DNA of 61,718 nucleotides, counting the filler, from Platydemus manokwari (lineage: Eukaryota), in NCBI GenBank assembly GCA_037951405.1. It is 4 parts of 4 records of this genome, joined end to end, with 100 filler letters (N's around TTAATTAATTAA, not from the genome) between each part and the next. Parts side by side here need not be neighbours in the genome. Positions count along the whole stretch, not along the records: positions 1 to 20,063 come from JBBMOY011633625.1; 3 more parts are not named here. One strand, given 5' to 3'. The notes beneath the pieces were generated by a model that saw only the letters and a list, made by a program, of their open reading frames with translations, ran no database searches and was not told the origin of the DNA. Below are positions 1 to 14,564 of this stretch, one piece after another. Within the stretch, counting starts at the first letter, position 1, and every line of letters starts with the position of its first letter. A program made the position numbers and the translations under genes.

Positions 1-1545
1 ATTTTATAAATCTATGCCATCTCAACGCTTTGAGAAAATGTAGAACTGATTATAAATTTGAAAATAATAATGTAATTGTTTTATTATTAAATTAAACAAA
101 TATTTCATAAAATTCCTTTTCCTCTTATTTTGGTTTTTGTGTAAATATTTCGTTGGATTTAATTATTTAGCCTGCTTAATTCATCGAAAATATTAAAACT
201 ATTGATCTCACATGGATAACCAAGGCCGGAAATAGGAAACGAATTTTATTGTATTATTATTAATTGGTAATAATTCCCACATAATAAAACCACACTAAAC
301 GAACTCTCCCAATAATGACACCACATTATTAATAACGATTTCCATGCCATTGTTTTTCATTAATTTCAACGTTTTAATTGCAAATCATTATAAACTATCA
401 CGGAATTGTTATAAACTATGAAACCATTAATGAAAACATTACTCATCAGTTCAAATAATTTCCCCCTACAATATGGTGAGAAACTAGAAAAATTATTAGG
501 TCAACATATTGTCAACTAGGGAATAAAAAATATAAACAATAATTTCGTTTGGGTAAAAGCGGATTTCAAGCAATGAAGAAAGGCAGAATTTCGATGACTT
601 AAATTGGTCAAAAGATTGAAATTATTTTACGTGTGCCGTATAATGATTTTGAACTGTAATTTTGTTTACAAAATATTATTATACAAATATATTTTGATGT
701 AGAACACCAACGGGGTAAGATTCACTCTTAGATGATCTGGGATAAACAAGTGACTGGTATTTACAACTCTGTCCCTCTGCCTCAATTAGAATATATATAT
801 ACATCTTATAAATAAATCAAAAGGCTCCATTTCCAGGAATTATTGATGTTGACAGAACTCGTAACATCTTAAGAAATCAGATCTCATTGCAATACATGAA
901 AATGCACCGTAAGTTCATCGAAACGAGAGCACTGGGTAATCTCGAAAGACTTAAAAGTTTTCTTAACCGACATGAATTGAACAAAAAAATAAATATTTTG
1001 ATGTTTCTAATAAAGGTTGATATATTCCGATTTCATGTATGTCATTTTGATTTATAAATATCTCTAAACGCCCAATTTTATAGTTTTGAAATGTCAATAT
1101 TCATTAACAGTGAAATAAACATTTCATCATTTATAGAAAATTATCAACATTTTTAAAATATAAAATATTGTCAGTATTATTAATTATGAAATTCTCATAA
1201 AAGTCTCAGATAAATATAAATAATAATCTTATGAGACTTTATATATTGATTGAATGAAATATTTGGATCACAATATAACAGTATAATAGTATCACAATGA
1301 ATTTAAACTTGGCAGATAAAATCCTGAAATTCAAATGAAAATAGAATGAACGATAGCAGAAATCACTTCAAATGGTTATATCTTCATTTTACATTCCTTT
1401 CTTCTGATTAAATCTGATAATTTTTCTTTTAGAATGTTCAACTGATTCAAAAACCTAGTTAAGAAACGGGATTAATGAATGAGTGTGTTGTGAGTTTTGG
1501 ATGGCATGCTTTTGTTGGGGATTCAGTTCTAAATGACCAAATACC

Positions 1546-1951
1546 TGCTGACCCAAAAATCAAAGGTTGCAAACTTTATTTCAAACTCACTTACTAATCA
1601 GTTCGACTCACAAAATAACGCAAAGATACAATCGAACTTGGTTTACAAATGATACCCGTACTACTCAGGATGACTCTAAAATTCAGTACAAAGTCCATAA
1701 AACCGTAACCAAAACTTGGCTTCCAATTGGCTCGAGATCTGTGTGTAAATTTTTGCGTCATGTATGTATCACACTTTGATTTGATTTTTACTTTCTCATG
1801 TTTCTATTGGTCTTTTGGTTTTTGCATGTGTGAGATTGGTCAATCCCTATGAGTGTTTTGCAGCGCGGTTAAGTCCCTTTTTCCCATTATCGTTTTATAT
1901 CTAACTTGGCTGTGATTGGTTAATTGTCAATCCTGTATCGTTGTGTAGACA
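1546..1951 (-). mobile_element. possible solo LTR
   Basis: GC-richer ~400-bp block. The minus strand reads TGTCTACA...CA, with several CCAAT boxes and AATAAA near its 3' end (1574-1579). No TSD found. Confidence 0.25.
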
Positions 1952-4900
1952 TGCAAATGCATAAAGTGATAAAACAAGGGCCCCAAGGTGCAAATCCCAT
2001 TTTATTTTACATTTCATTAACTGATAGGTGTGTTACTTCATTTCAATGACTTGGAAATGGAATTGACCAAGTATTAATTTATTGGGAAGATCTTGGCATT
2101 ATTCTGCATTTACTGTGGCATGATATAAGGTTCTTAATCAGAAAAATGTAGGTCGCCTAATTTATCGATTGAAGAGGAGAAAATAATATTCAAGAATTAA
2201 ATCAAATTTACAACCCAGTCCATTGATGAGCTAGAGTCAAGTTAAGATATCTGAATCTGAGTTTGAATTATCATATCGTGTACGATATCGATGAGTAGAA
2301 AGGATTATTAAAATGGCCAACGTTGAGATCGTCAATTATTTAATTCCTAAACCTTTACAACTCTAAAATCTAACAATTTATTCTATCGTTCATAAACAGA
2401 AATTAAACCGGAGTTATCACGCTTCAAAATATTTGGAAAGAAGATTTTAAAATTGTGGACAATCGAAGCTCAATTGAATTTCTTTTTGGAAATAAATAAA
2501 TAAGATTAATTTTTTTGGAAATTTAAATTTCCACATCATGATATTTACTTTATTTACACCAATTATTGATTTATTCATTCATATATTTTGGTTGACTTCT
2601 ATTTCGCCAAACCATTTAATTCACTGCCAGTAATTTCATGAGCTTGTGAGAAATATATACCTGATAACGGTTATCGCAAGAAATGCAAATACCGTCCAGA
2701 AAAAAATCGTTAATTCATTTTCAATAAAAAATTTTATCAAAAAAACCTTCACTGATATCGTGTTAACAAAAATATATTTCATCATTAACGTCGTCATCGT
2801 CACAATCGTGAGTGGGAGTAAGAGAATAAATTAATATTCATGATATAATTTCTAAATCATTGCTAAATAATTCTACCAATCAAAACTGGCTAGATAATTA
2901 TTTTTCAAGTCGTGCTTTGTGATAATTTTCATTTCAATTAAACACGTCGACGAGTTTCTCTAAAAACATTTTTTTGCTTGAATAAAAGATTGATTTTTAT
3001 GCTTAACCCATTTGATCATATCTAGACACGTGAGATTCAATCACCAACACGAAGTTCGTTTTGGCCATTTACCTTCTTGCCGAGAAAAGAAGGTTCCATT
3101 TAGTGGGATCCATTTGAAGTGATCACAATTAGAACTTTTAAACTCAATCCATAATTTAGACGTGATTATATTTATAAGTCAATAAATAATTTAAAATTAA
3201 TAAAACATTTTTAAAATCTTTTTACTCATTTCAGTTTTATGAGCAATATTTGAATTAATTTTCTCTGAAAAATTTACTTTCTACTTTGAATCTGATGAAT
3301 TAAACATTACTTTTCTGATATATTTTCATTACCAACATTCATCCAGTCAGACATCTTTGGAGTTATCAAATGAAAATCAATGGAATGTGAGCATAGATTT
3401 ATTTTAGAATTTCTCCACGGGATCCAATGACAACGGCTAATGTTCAGTGTTGTCTGATCATTTTAGTATAGGGATAGAAAAATATTTATCAATTCATTAG
3501 CGCAGAACTAAATCGCAATTTAAAATTCTGTTGGTATGAATGTTTGACTTTAATTTATAGTTGATGAAACTTAAATAATTATAAAATATCCAAGTTAAAT
3601 CAAAAAGAAACTTTAATCAAGGCCTTATTATAAGAATCAGTCATTTTGACTGCTGTGCCGATCCAAGAGTTAATAAATTAAGGGAATTAATTATCTAGTA
3701 AATTTAGATAACATCATTCCGGAATAAGATATCGAAAAATATTATTGAAAACTAATATAATTCTGACGATATGGTGCAGCTATTAAAGTTTAAAAATCCA
3801 AAATCCAATTTTATCAACCAAATTATGAGACTGCTTTCAAGACTCTTTCGAATTTCAATTTGTACTACTAATACGGTTGAAAAATTAATAAAGGAATCCA
3901 TTTTGAACGAGTAACAAACATGAAATCATGAGCTTCCGAAGATGTTCAAATCCAAATATTCCAGCTTTAAGATACAAAATGACCAGGAACCTCTATCGAT
4001 ATAAAAGTTAATATTAACGGTTAGTGTTTTCGATCAATTGTTTATAGAAGGAAAATATCAATATAAATCTTGCATTTTTCTGTTTAGCTTCGTCATTATT
4101 GGAGCATTATCTGCAGCAAATCTGAAAATCAAGAAAAATATTAAAAAATCAATTGATTAACTTATCGTATTTATTTAAAATAAAAATTCCCGATGGAACG
4201 CACATTACTTTCATTGAAAATGACATTAAATGTTGCTACAAAAGCATTTTGTGCAGTGATGTCATGCCAATTGAAAGTTTTCTTTGATTACCTCATTTTA
4301 TCTATGTCTGACCTATAATGGTGTTTTGAAAATGTTGTTGTGATCTTTTTAAAATGCTGCTTGGGTGGAAATATTAATGAATTCCATCAATATCCGATTT
4401 TTAGCCTTACCGAAGCATAGTTGCGTGTATAATCAAATTAAAGATAATAAATCAAAGGCGTGAATATAAATTGAGTAGATATATAATATAATTTAATAGA
4501 GGAAAATAAAATCGAAGTGAAGATTTGTTGTGCATCCGTGTGATACCATGAAGACGTTAAACAATCATTGTTGGAAACTATTACCATTCAATTCTGGTTT
4601 GAAAAAGAGATCGAGGAAGATTGATTTTATAAAGTAAACAAATATTCCTTGGGCAATTTGACACAGGCATTATTGTAATAATAGTCATTAATTTAAGAAA
4701 TTCGTATCCACGACTGAAGGTGTTGTATCAAGTTTTCTGAAAATAGTATGTTTTACTGCTATTAAATATCTTTTACATACTTTTATTTTGTTTTGCTATT
4801 CTTTACAGTCTTGATTTTGATTGGCCATTATTATTAGTGTTGCTTATAGTGAACGATTTAAGGATTGGTGGACTCGAAGTATTTAAAAATGAACATGGTA

Positions 4901-5049
4901 CATATCTATCAATTGGGAGTGTCTATAGCCCAATCAGAAAACCAACAATATCCTTAAAATGTAATTATTGTTACATAGGTTTCTGGAAAATAATATCAGT
5001 GAAAACATTCAATGAAAGTATTTTTTTAATATTAAAAATCAATAGTGAG

Positions 5050-5413
5050 ACTTAATGATACATTGTTTTAAAAAGTAAGAAATACATACAGCGAACAAGA
5101 CAGAATCGAAATAAACCAAGTCACCACGACAAGATCATCAAATAAACAGAAAACCAGTTAAAATCAGTGGCCATAAACTTAAGGGAATTTGATGCTAAAA
5201 AAGAAGTTATCGAATTTTCGTGTTTAGAGAAGAAGTTTTAGTGAAGAAAGAAAAGAAAGACAAAAGATAAAAAAGAATGGAGATCATTATAAATGCTCTC
5301 ACAGAATTTTGAAAATTTTAAGCCCACATCATTTGCTTGTTGATTCCAAGGTACAGAAAACTACGAAGATTTGAGTGGCTGGAAAGGATTTCAAGAACAA
5401 CGGGAGAGGGAAG
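5050..5413 (+). mobile_element. degenerate Ty3/Gypsy integrase C-terminal tail with polypurine tract
   Basis: Frameshifted translation gives EEVLVKKEK..., RILKILSPHHLLVDSK and LRRFEWLER, which resemble the integrase tail at 22290-22456 (RRLAWLKR). It is followed by the PPT-like GGGAGAGGGAAG (5402-5413). Confidence 0.4.
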
Positions 5414-6889
5414 TTAGATAAATCTCAATATTCTCAATATCGTGGTTTTTCAAAAATTAATAAATTGTTATGGGATTGAATGTCGCTTTTATTCTTTCTA
5501 ACCATCGGTATAGGATGGATCATCGAATTCATCATTTCAATTTGCTCATCAGTGGATTTCAGCCATCGTTCGTTTCGCTCAATTTCACAATCATCTATCA
5601 CTTAAGCATTGGTACTTGTTATTATTTGATTTTGGTTTCTGTTCACTATCCTCTTGATCAACTGAATGATATTTGATGAGACCTGTAATCTTTCACTTAA
5701 AATAATCCCGATTTTCTTACCCCACTTAATCAGTTGATGCATAAAATAGAATTAATTTAAACACAGTTTAATAAATTAAAACCAAATATTTTATTATCAA
5801 TTATGAGAAGAAAACCGGAGCATAATCACTAAAAATGAATGACGGTGATTCGATATATTATACAACTTGGCAAATAGCATAGGGTTAGTCATTGTAGCGG
5901 AATTATTAGAGATTCTCGGATCCAATACAATGAGTGCAATAAAACATCAACTTTCATCTGAAGCAGGAATTTTCATTGATCTTAAAAGTAAAAAAACTGC
6001 CACCTTGAATGCCAGCTTTTGAACTAAGAAAGGCGAAAAGAAGAGTGATATTAATGATGGAGAAATAGAAATTTACATATTTCCAGAATCTACTAGAACG
6101 ATTTTTGTGAAAGGAAAAATTATTTCCAGGCATAAATTGATAATTAAATTCTTTTTGAGCTAAATAAAGGCAAATTTGTAAAAATATTCTCCAAGAAATT
6201 TATGGATAATGAAATTATATTTGTATTTGATAAAACAAGCCTCACAGTTATGATATATATTATCGTGTATTGTTCATCAGGTTTTAATGAGCTCTCTGTT
6301 CAGATTCAGGTGGTTGACAGTTCTTTTAATCCAGCAAGTCGAGATTAGAAATCGATAATAATTACTATTCTCTCTCTGACAGAATAACAGTTCCCATTCA
6401 ATGAGGATTAGTGGAATCTTGGGAGATTGTTTCAATAACTAATTTATAGATTTGAGATAACAAAATTTTCTTTTTTTTATATGTTTTTATTAGTTTATAT
6501 TTATTTATAGATAATTATAATTATTCTCTAATATTCTAATAATTTCTGATATTCTATGTTGTTTGAGAATATATTATTCTACATAAACTGTACCTAATTT
6601 ATTTTTGGCAGATCTTGAAAATGATTTAATTCCTATTATTGATTAATCCGTTATTCACTCGATATTAAAATTATTATTAATCAGTTTTTATAACATGTAT
6701 CGCAACCCGAATAATTGAGCATAACGAGCACAAGTAGACATTATTTTTAATAACAATTTTAGAATAAATTATCCAAAAAAATTATTTAAAAATTTATTTT
6801 AGATATTAAAAGATTGCCTACTATCAATATGTCACAGTTGTATAATTATTGCAATCATCATTTTATTTTCATAATAATAATAATGATAA

Positions 6890-9580
6890 TAATAACAGTT
6901 ACATAACAGACAATTCCAGGCATAATATTTATTTTAAAAACCACACTAATCCTCCAATCAATTATTTAAACAGTTTCAGCCACTGTAACCTTCTGGATTT
7001 TATCGCATGAAGGAATTGAATTTCCACTTGTCTGTCTGAGTTGAATCCGATAATTCGATAGGAGCCTTCGTACTGGTATCCATTCTTCTTCATCTTATGG
7101 GGATCTACGTAAATTAGCACCTTCTCTCCCACTCGGAAAGTTCAATGTATTCTTCATCCCCTGTCTCAGTTAGACATTATCCCGCCTGCCCCTTTAGAAT
7201 TTTCTCTAGCTGCTGCTGCAATATCATCTCGAGTCTGGTTCTTGTGCCTCACATCTGTATGAACATTGATCTTCCGCCCGTAGATTATCTCAAAAGGCGA
7301 CAACTTCGTTGTTGATTGATGTGCTGTGTTGATGCAAAATTCTATTCTTGGCAACAGTTCAGCCCAATTTTTCTCAGGGCTCTTATCCTTTAAAGTAGCT
7401 GTTATCATATCTCCTACCGTCCTAATGACTCTTTCCACTAGCCCGTTCGATTGATGCTGGTATGGTGAGCTGAATTCTTGTTTGATACCCAATTCTGAAC
7501 ACTCCTCTCTCATAAATTTGCCTCCAAATTGTTTCCCGTCATCGTGTTGGCTTTCCAACACGATAAATTTACGAGTTCAAAATGACCTGGAAGATTGTCT
7601 TTTCGTCTTGCTTAGATTTAGCAGTGAGACTCACTAGCTTGCTAAATCTGTCAATAATGACTACTAGATACTTTTTATTACTATGCATCTTGTCCATTTG
7701 TGCAATGTCCACCAATCTGCTCTTGAAACTCAGAGCCTAACTAAGGGAGCAGAAACTTCTTAGTTCTGGATTGATCAACTTTTTGCTTTGCAAAGATAAA
7801 ACATTCTTTCAGTATCTCTTTGATGATGTTGAACATGTCTGGCCAATAAAAACTGTAGTCCAAATATGCGAAGGTTTTCTTCGAGCCTAAGTGGCAGAGC
7901 TCCTCCCGAATTGTCTTGACAAATTGAGCGGCAAAACATCTCGGTATTATAACAGCTACAACCTTTTCCTCAGCATCAACATATTGTCGACCATCTTCAG
8001 GTTATCTTTAATTCTCGAAAGTGAATATTTATTCCAGAATTCCGCGCTAGTTAGAGTTATTTCACCATTTATAAATCTGGATGTCTTCACTATTTCTGCA
8101 TCGTTGTGCTGTGCTTCCTGTATTTTTTGCATTATCTCCGATTTTGTTTGTATTTGGACTAAATATTTAGTTTTCGGCTTTTCCGTCTTTGCTTCATTGT
8201 GTCTTGTCTTGCACTGGGAACATAGTGTCTCGTTGATCCTAGATAATTCATCTGCGTTGCTATGATCCTCTCCTTTCCTGTATCTTAAATTGAAATTGTA
8301 TTCTGACAACGCTGCCATCCATGTTTGAAATTGAGGGCTGATCGGTTTTCGTGTCGAGTTCAAAAATACCAGGGCTTTGCGATAAGTCCTCGCATTGAAA
8401 TTCTTCCCGTACAAGTATTGTCTAAAGTAAATAACATACTCGTGGATAGCCAACAGTTCCTTCCTGGTAACACAGTACTCTTTTTCGTGACTAGTCAGCA
8501 ATCGAGAAGCATAGGCTATAACTATTTCTGTTCCTTATTCAGTGACTAGGCTTAGAACAGCTCCAATTGCACTGAAACTCGCTTCCGTATCGAGGACAAA
8601 TATCCCGTTTACTCTTGGGTATTCCAAAGTTGGTGCTTCACAGAGTGTCGGCTTTAGCTTCAAAAAACTTGTTTGACACGATTCTGACCATTGGTAATTC
8701 CTTATCTCCATCTGCAGTTCCGGCGTATAGTGGGGTCGCTATTAAATCATAATCCTTGATGAATCGCCTGTAATTATTTGTCAGCCCTAACAATGATCGC
8801 AACTTGCTGGTACATTGTGGTATTGGGGCATCTCGTATCTGTTCGATTTTGTCGTAATTAGCCTGTATGCCCTTGGCATTGACTATGTGGTCTAAAAACC
8901 GTCCTTCATCTTTGATAAGTGTACATTTCTTCAGATTCACTTTCAGACCCAACTCTTGAATTCGTCGAAACACTATTTATTCAACCTCACCCACAAAATG
9001 TATGCGACGGAGGTGCTGTGGTTTTTTTGGTCTTCCACCTCGTGCATTACTGAGTCTTCAATTGGATCAAATTGCTCCTCGATCTTGTCCTACCTTCTAC
9101 TCTGTGTCTGGTACTTCGAATTAAATGGCATGATCTGAAATGATGGTATTCTTGTCTGCATATTAAACATTTATGCCTTAGGGAGGACTGGTTTTTATAG
9201 TGTCCGCTTTCTCCACAGCAGTAGCAATTGTCTCCACGCAATCGTTCTTCTTTTGGATCTGGCATGCCTCGACACTTATTGTAAAGTTTCTTGGCGATGT
9301 ATTTCATCTGAAGCGAACCTCTGTTCTGAAGCTATTGGATAGGGGTTCCGTGTTCTGATGGCATGGGGTGGTCAACAATTACTTGACTCGTTGCTTTCTT
9401 TTTTGAACTGGTTATTCCACCGGTTGCTTCTTCCAATTCTTAGGAAGTCTGAATATGTTGTAAATTTCATTTATATGATCCAAGGTACAAAGTTGTCTGG
9501 ATACAAACCTGTTTTAAGGAATCAAAATCTACTTCGGTCGACCAGGAAACTTATTAGTACTTTTATTTGATTGACATTTT
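6890..9580 (-). mobile_element. Ty3/Gypsy LTR retrotransposon copy 1 (decayed; gag, RT C-half, RNase H, integrase)
   Basis: Gag zinc knuckles CYCCGESGH and CLICRQEYHHFRSC (9047-9307). RT thumb region LRSLLGLTNNYRRFIKDY (8638-8973). RNase H YCVTRKELLAI...YLYGK...HSNADELSR (7956-8630). Integrase SPYQHQSNGLVER (7166-7561). 3' LTR remnant at ~6890-6973 and a candidate PBS TGGTCGACCG starting at 9544. Protease and RT N-half are deleted; many stops and frameshifts. Confidence 0.93.
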
Positions 9581-9896
9581 AAGAATGCAGTAATAATTAC
9601 CCAACTCAAAGATATAGAAATTCATAATTCTTATTTCAAAAATTCATAATTCTTTATTCTCGCAATCTGTTAAAATGACTCACCATGCGTCGACTTACTA
9701 ATCATCGCCCATGAACATAATTTGGATGGTTAAAACAAATAGAAAATCGTGTACAACTTAATTCGGGAAACACACATAATACAGCTTATAAAAATAATCG
9801 ACTTTCGATGAGAATTGTCAGTCTTTTGTTGTCGATAACCTTTCTTCTGTCGTGTGATGAGTCCAATTTCTTGCAGTTGGTTTTATAATAATATTT

Positions 9897-9907
9897 TATT
9901 ATTATTA

Positions 9908-9970
<63 letters not shown>
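9897..9970. repeat. (ATT)n microsatellite
   Basis: Direct tandem ATT/GTT repeats. Confidence 0.95.
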
Positions 9971-9971
<1 letters not shown>

Positions 9972-12909
9972 TGAATAGGAATAGATTGATTAATCGATTC
10001 TAGAATTAGATTTTCTTTCAGTCGTCATGAGCTTAGTGTCAATTTTCACTGAAACATATTCGGTATTTCAGTTGTTGATTCAGAAACTAAGAGAGTCTGA
10101 TTATCTAGATGGAACTTAACTTCCTATTAATCTAATTTCAAAAATTTAATTATAATCTAAAATTATTAAATTATTATTTCAATATTTTATGTTTTACAAT
10201 TAAAGTTAAAATTATTCTCAAAATCTGTTTATATGATAATAATAATTATTATTTTTATAATAATTATTCTCATTATTATTATTTGATCATTGAACAAGTT
10301 TCGTAATTTTTCCACTAATCATAGTCCGATAATACTTCGAACATACCGTACTCGAATTGGATCAATGGTGGATTAAAACCTATTTCAATTTTATTGACAT
10401 TTATTATTGCTTACCACTAAGTCGCGGGCACATAATAATCAGATTCTGGTTTGTTTTATCAGCATTTATATCCATTCCGGCAACAATAATAATCTCCATA
10501 GTCGTTAAGGGTGTTGTTACATTTCATCTTTGATTTCACAAAATCTTATTCGTTATATAATTTTATAATTCCAATTTTAATATATCAATGTTTCATCCAA
10601 ACTTTTGACCCAGATCTCTCAGGTCGAGATGTAGACATATTAAAAATAAAATTATTAGTCATTTTCCTGATCGCTACAATAATAAAAATCGTCCATTAAA
10701 AATCTGATATTATAAATGAGTTTAACTAAATAGATTAATATTCTCATTCGACAATAATTTCTCAAAACAATAAATTCGTCACATAATGAAAGAATCTCCT
10801 AACAAATTAATAATGGAATAAAACTAATCTTCATTATATAAATTTTTCATAATCAATGCTGTCTGAAATATATCGACAGATGTCAAAATTTTAGAAACCA
10901 GTTTTATCAATAGATTTGAATTAGTGATAATATTAAAAAAAAGTATAAGATTTATAAATATAATTTTGACACTTGATTTGTTTTCTCCATTCGTTAGTTT
11001 ATAAAATTTTAATTTGTAGCTAATAGGAATATAGGATTTGCATCAAATTATTTTTCAATGCATCTCGATAATTAATTCGAAATTGAAATGACGGAATTTA
11101 TTATTTATGGTATTCAATAATTTAAAACAATATTCAATTAAATAATGCAAATTATTTGAGCATGAATAAAATAAAACTTAAAATTCATATTTTGTAGTTC
11201 AATAGTTCGAAGGGATTCTAATTTTTAAATTAGAAAAAACGCGTTTGAAACAAGCATATTTATGAGTTTAACGCTATTAAAATTAACCTTGTGATTTTGG
11301 AGTTTGTCCGAAATTATTCAAAATTCACTATAAATAATCTTGGAACGAGGCCCAGCAGATAGCTACAGCAGATAGCACACACTTCACAACATTTAGATTA
11401 ACAATCGTTGATCGGACTTCTGTTTTCAATAGATGCAAATCTGCAGACAGCATGGAACATAGAAGTACACCCATGGCATGATATAATGAAATAGATTTCT
11501 CAATAGGTGGATCTTCAACGGTTACATAAAATGAAAAGCAGAAAGTAGATTCGTGCAAAATAATTTAGAAAAAGAGTCGACTCTAGAGAATAACTACTAG
11601 TCCTTTACGACCAGTAACTCTTGTAATTATCTTTATCTTCATTGTTTGTGTTATCATTTTTATTCTTTGAGTGATTATAAGTATTCATGCAGTGTTTATC
11701 TTTGAGTTTCATGAAATGTATTTTGCAAAGATCAACTATAGTTTTATTGATTTCTCAAGTGATTTAGACGTAACCTATTGCTATATTATTTAAATTTATA
11801 TATAAGTGATCAGAAAAAAAGCATAATTGAAATTATGAAATTCATTTTGGAACAGCCAATATTTCGATTCTTCGAGAATTACAGATGCCAATATCCAATA
11901 TTTTTTTATTTATCACTAAACCTATATGGGCATAAAATTGCAATCGAGTACATTGGTAACATGTGGGTCATTTCACTTATCACTTTGCTTTAGAAACCTA
12001 TTGTTATCACACTTTTTTTATCTATCAGTTTATCGATCACATTCACTTTTAAATAGGCTATTTTTTATGGTCCCTTGTTTGGTACTCCAATATCTGTTTT
12101 ACTTTGTGGACCTTTCAAGTAAATAAATCAAACATTTTATTACTAATTTTACTATTTACCTTGAAAGAAATTGTGTCAAATAATTTACTTTCACTGATTA
12201 TTAAAATAAAAAATTATTAGTTTTTGTTTTATGAAGGGTTTTTAATTTTATTATTAAATGTTAGAATTTGATAATTTAAATTTGATTAGTACTTGGCTAT
12301 TTGATGTGCTGTTGGATACAGAAATATCCCAGAATAATAATTTTAAATCATATACACTTTTTTAATTATAAATCCCAAAAATAGAAACGATAAATTAATA
12401 AATACTTAAATAGTATAATAAAGTGTGAGTTAATAAAAATGCCATATAAAAAAATACAAAAACAAATCCCAATAGGTTAAAAAAATATGAAAACATCAGT
12501 GTATAAGAAAAAGCATGGCGCATGAAAACACCCATTACTAATTTGCTAAATCAGCTCATATTTATTTTTCAACAAGCTCAACCATTATTTACCCTTAACA
12601 ATCGTGCAACTTTTTGATTTATTTACACTTGAAAAAAAATTGCCAAACTCAACACACTTGTATGCTTAAGAAAATCCACACAAAAGTTATTGTCTCAACT
12701 TGGAATTATCTATCGGGAAATTATATTTCCATGTAATCTTTACACCAGAAGCAACGAAATCAGAAAGAAACGAAAAAGGAACTGAATTTCTGCAAAGCAT
12801 TTAAAGTAAAATTTACTTCATAATTTTTCTAGAAGTGTATAATGCATTTTAATATGATTATCTACAATTTAATTAAATTTAAAACTTATCAAAGCAATCT
12901 TCTGCTCTC

Positions 12910-13198
12910 TGTGTAGTTGCAGGACTATTACGTCCCAACAATCATCAATAAAGTTTAAGACTTTGCAGCTCTCCACACAAGAGACGTGTAATCTTATCAC
13001 AAGACAATAGCAGCTAATTAATATGATCTTAATCACTATCCCGGGCTATTTGTTAATCGTTATCGTGTTAATTAAATATTGTCTATCATTCATAATTGTA
13101 ATAAATTATTTTATTTTTATTTAGAGCAATTATACATTCTCATTTTTATTGTCTTATTTCGTTTATTTATATTTAAATAAAATCAACATTTCTATACA
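12910..13198 (+). mobile_element. solo LTR (~290 bp)
   Basis: Termini TGTGTAG...CTATACA form a near-inverted TG..CA pair. AATAAA at 13177-13182. Flanks CTCTC / TTCTC match as a 5-bp TSD with one mismatch. Confidence 0.55.
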
Positions 13199-14564
13199 TT
13201 CTCCGCTGGAGTCAAGCTTATAAGTGCTTATATTCATCAATTTAAAACTTTCTGAAGTTGGGAGCTAATCAAAACCAATCAGTGCTAAGGTAGTTGATTT
13301 ATATCCATTTATGAATTAGAAACAACTTTCGTGCTGAGAACTCTTCCAACCAGTCGATTCAATCGGTGATGTTATTTGTTAAATAAGTATTTTAAAACTT
13401 ATTTTAAAAAGTTAAAATATTTTAAAATGAGTTTGGACGTAATATTTTTAGTTTGAAGTAAAAATAATTGTTTTTATAATGCTAATATAATGAAATAATT
13501 ATTGCCATAATTGCCTCTTTTGAACTGTGCTTTATTGATATTAGTCGCAGATTAGTAACTAAGAATGCACTTATGGTAATTGACTAATTTATGATTTGTA
13601 TTACTTTGTTATTTCATTCGGCATTCCCAAGTTGACATAAGATTCTAATGTAAATACCGATGATCAAATGTTATTATGATCCAACTTTTGGCAAAACTCA
13701 ATAAATAAAAGTTCAGATTGGAAAATTTCCCCGAATTCACTGATTTATTACACAATTTATCAAAAAATATGGCCCAAACAGGAAACATTATTAACAACAA
13801 TAATAATATTAACAATATATTATTGTAAATAAATTTACAAAAAACAAAGTAAAATAATATAACTAAATTTGAGTTTCATTGTTGTAGTCCGTTAATATGG
13901 AGAAATCAGAAATTTTCACTTTACATCGTCAGAACATAGGTGAATAAAGAAGTTGATATAAAAACCAAGCAAGTAGTTCACCAGCACTTAATAATATATT
14001 TTATTAATAAAGGATTTATTTTTAATGTTAAAGATATGGTAACATTTGTGTCAGAAGGTTTTTTTTTAATTTTTTTAACTTATCTGGATTCCAGCAGATA
14101 AATGTTGATTCTGCAAAACAAATCCAAGATAATATTTAAATTAATATATGAAATATAAAAACGAATTATAAAAGAAAATAATACAAAATAATAAAATATA
14201 TTGGATTAATCGAGATTAATTTTATAACAATATACTGTATCAGCACAGTAACTTCAAAATAAAAATATAGGGCGTACCGTCTAGGTGCTCGGGCAAGTCT
14301 ATCTTTGAAAAATGAAGATGTGCAAACAAAGATTGAGTCGCTTATTAGACTTTAAAAGACCACAAGGTTAGAAATAATCGCGGCTCTGCAGTAAATTACA
14401 ATGACAATAAAAGTTTACTTTTTTTGCATAAAATATCTTCTGAATATTCAAGTTTGAACTGTAATAAAATTCGTTCCGATAAATATTCCAATAATATTGC
14501 ACGTACAAATTTGAGGTTGAAATTTTTTGTGTTATCAATTTTGTGCATGAAATATTGTGCGTAG

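Noticed and set aside
430-455. CTGATGAG hammerhead-like cores (also ~5550 and ~52275, minus strand)
   Set aside because: No stem II closed by GAAA in the required geometry.
7891-9570. Plus-strand ORFs of 60-124 aa
   Set aside because: Antisense shadows of the Gypsy pol/gag.
9808-9888. Signal-peptide-like mini-ORF MRIVSLLLSITFLLSCDES
   Set aside because: No convincing downstream exon in any phase.
10400-10640. Minus-strand IIIVAGMDINA resembling a LINE endonuclease motif
   Set aside because: A single short motif only.
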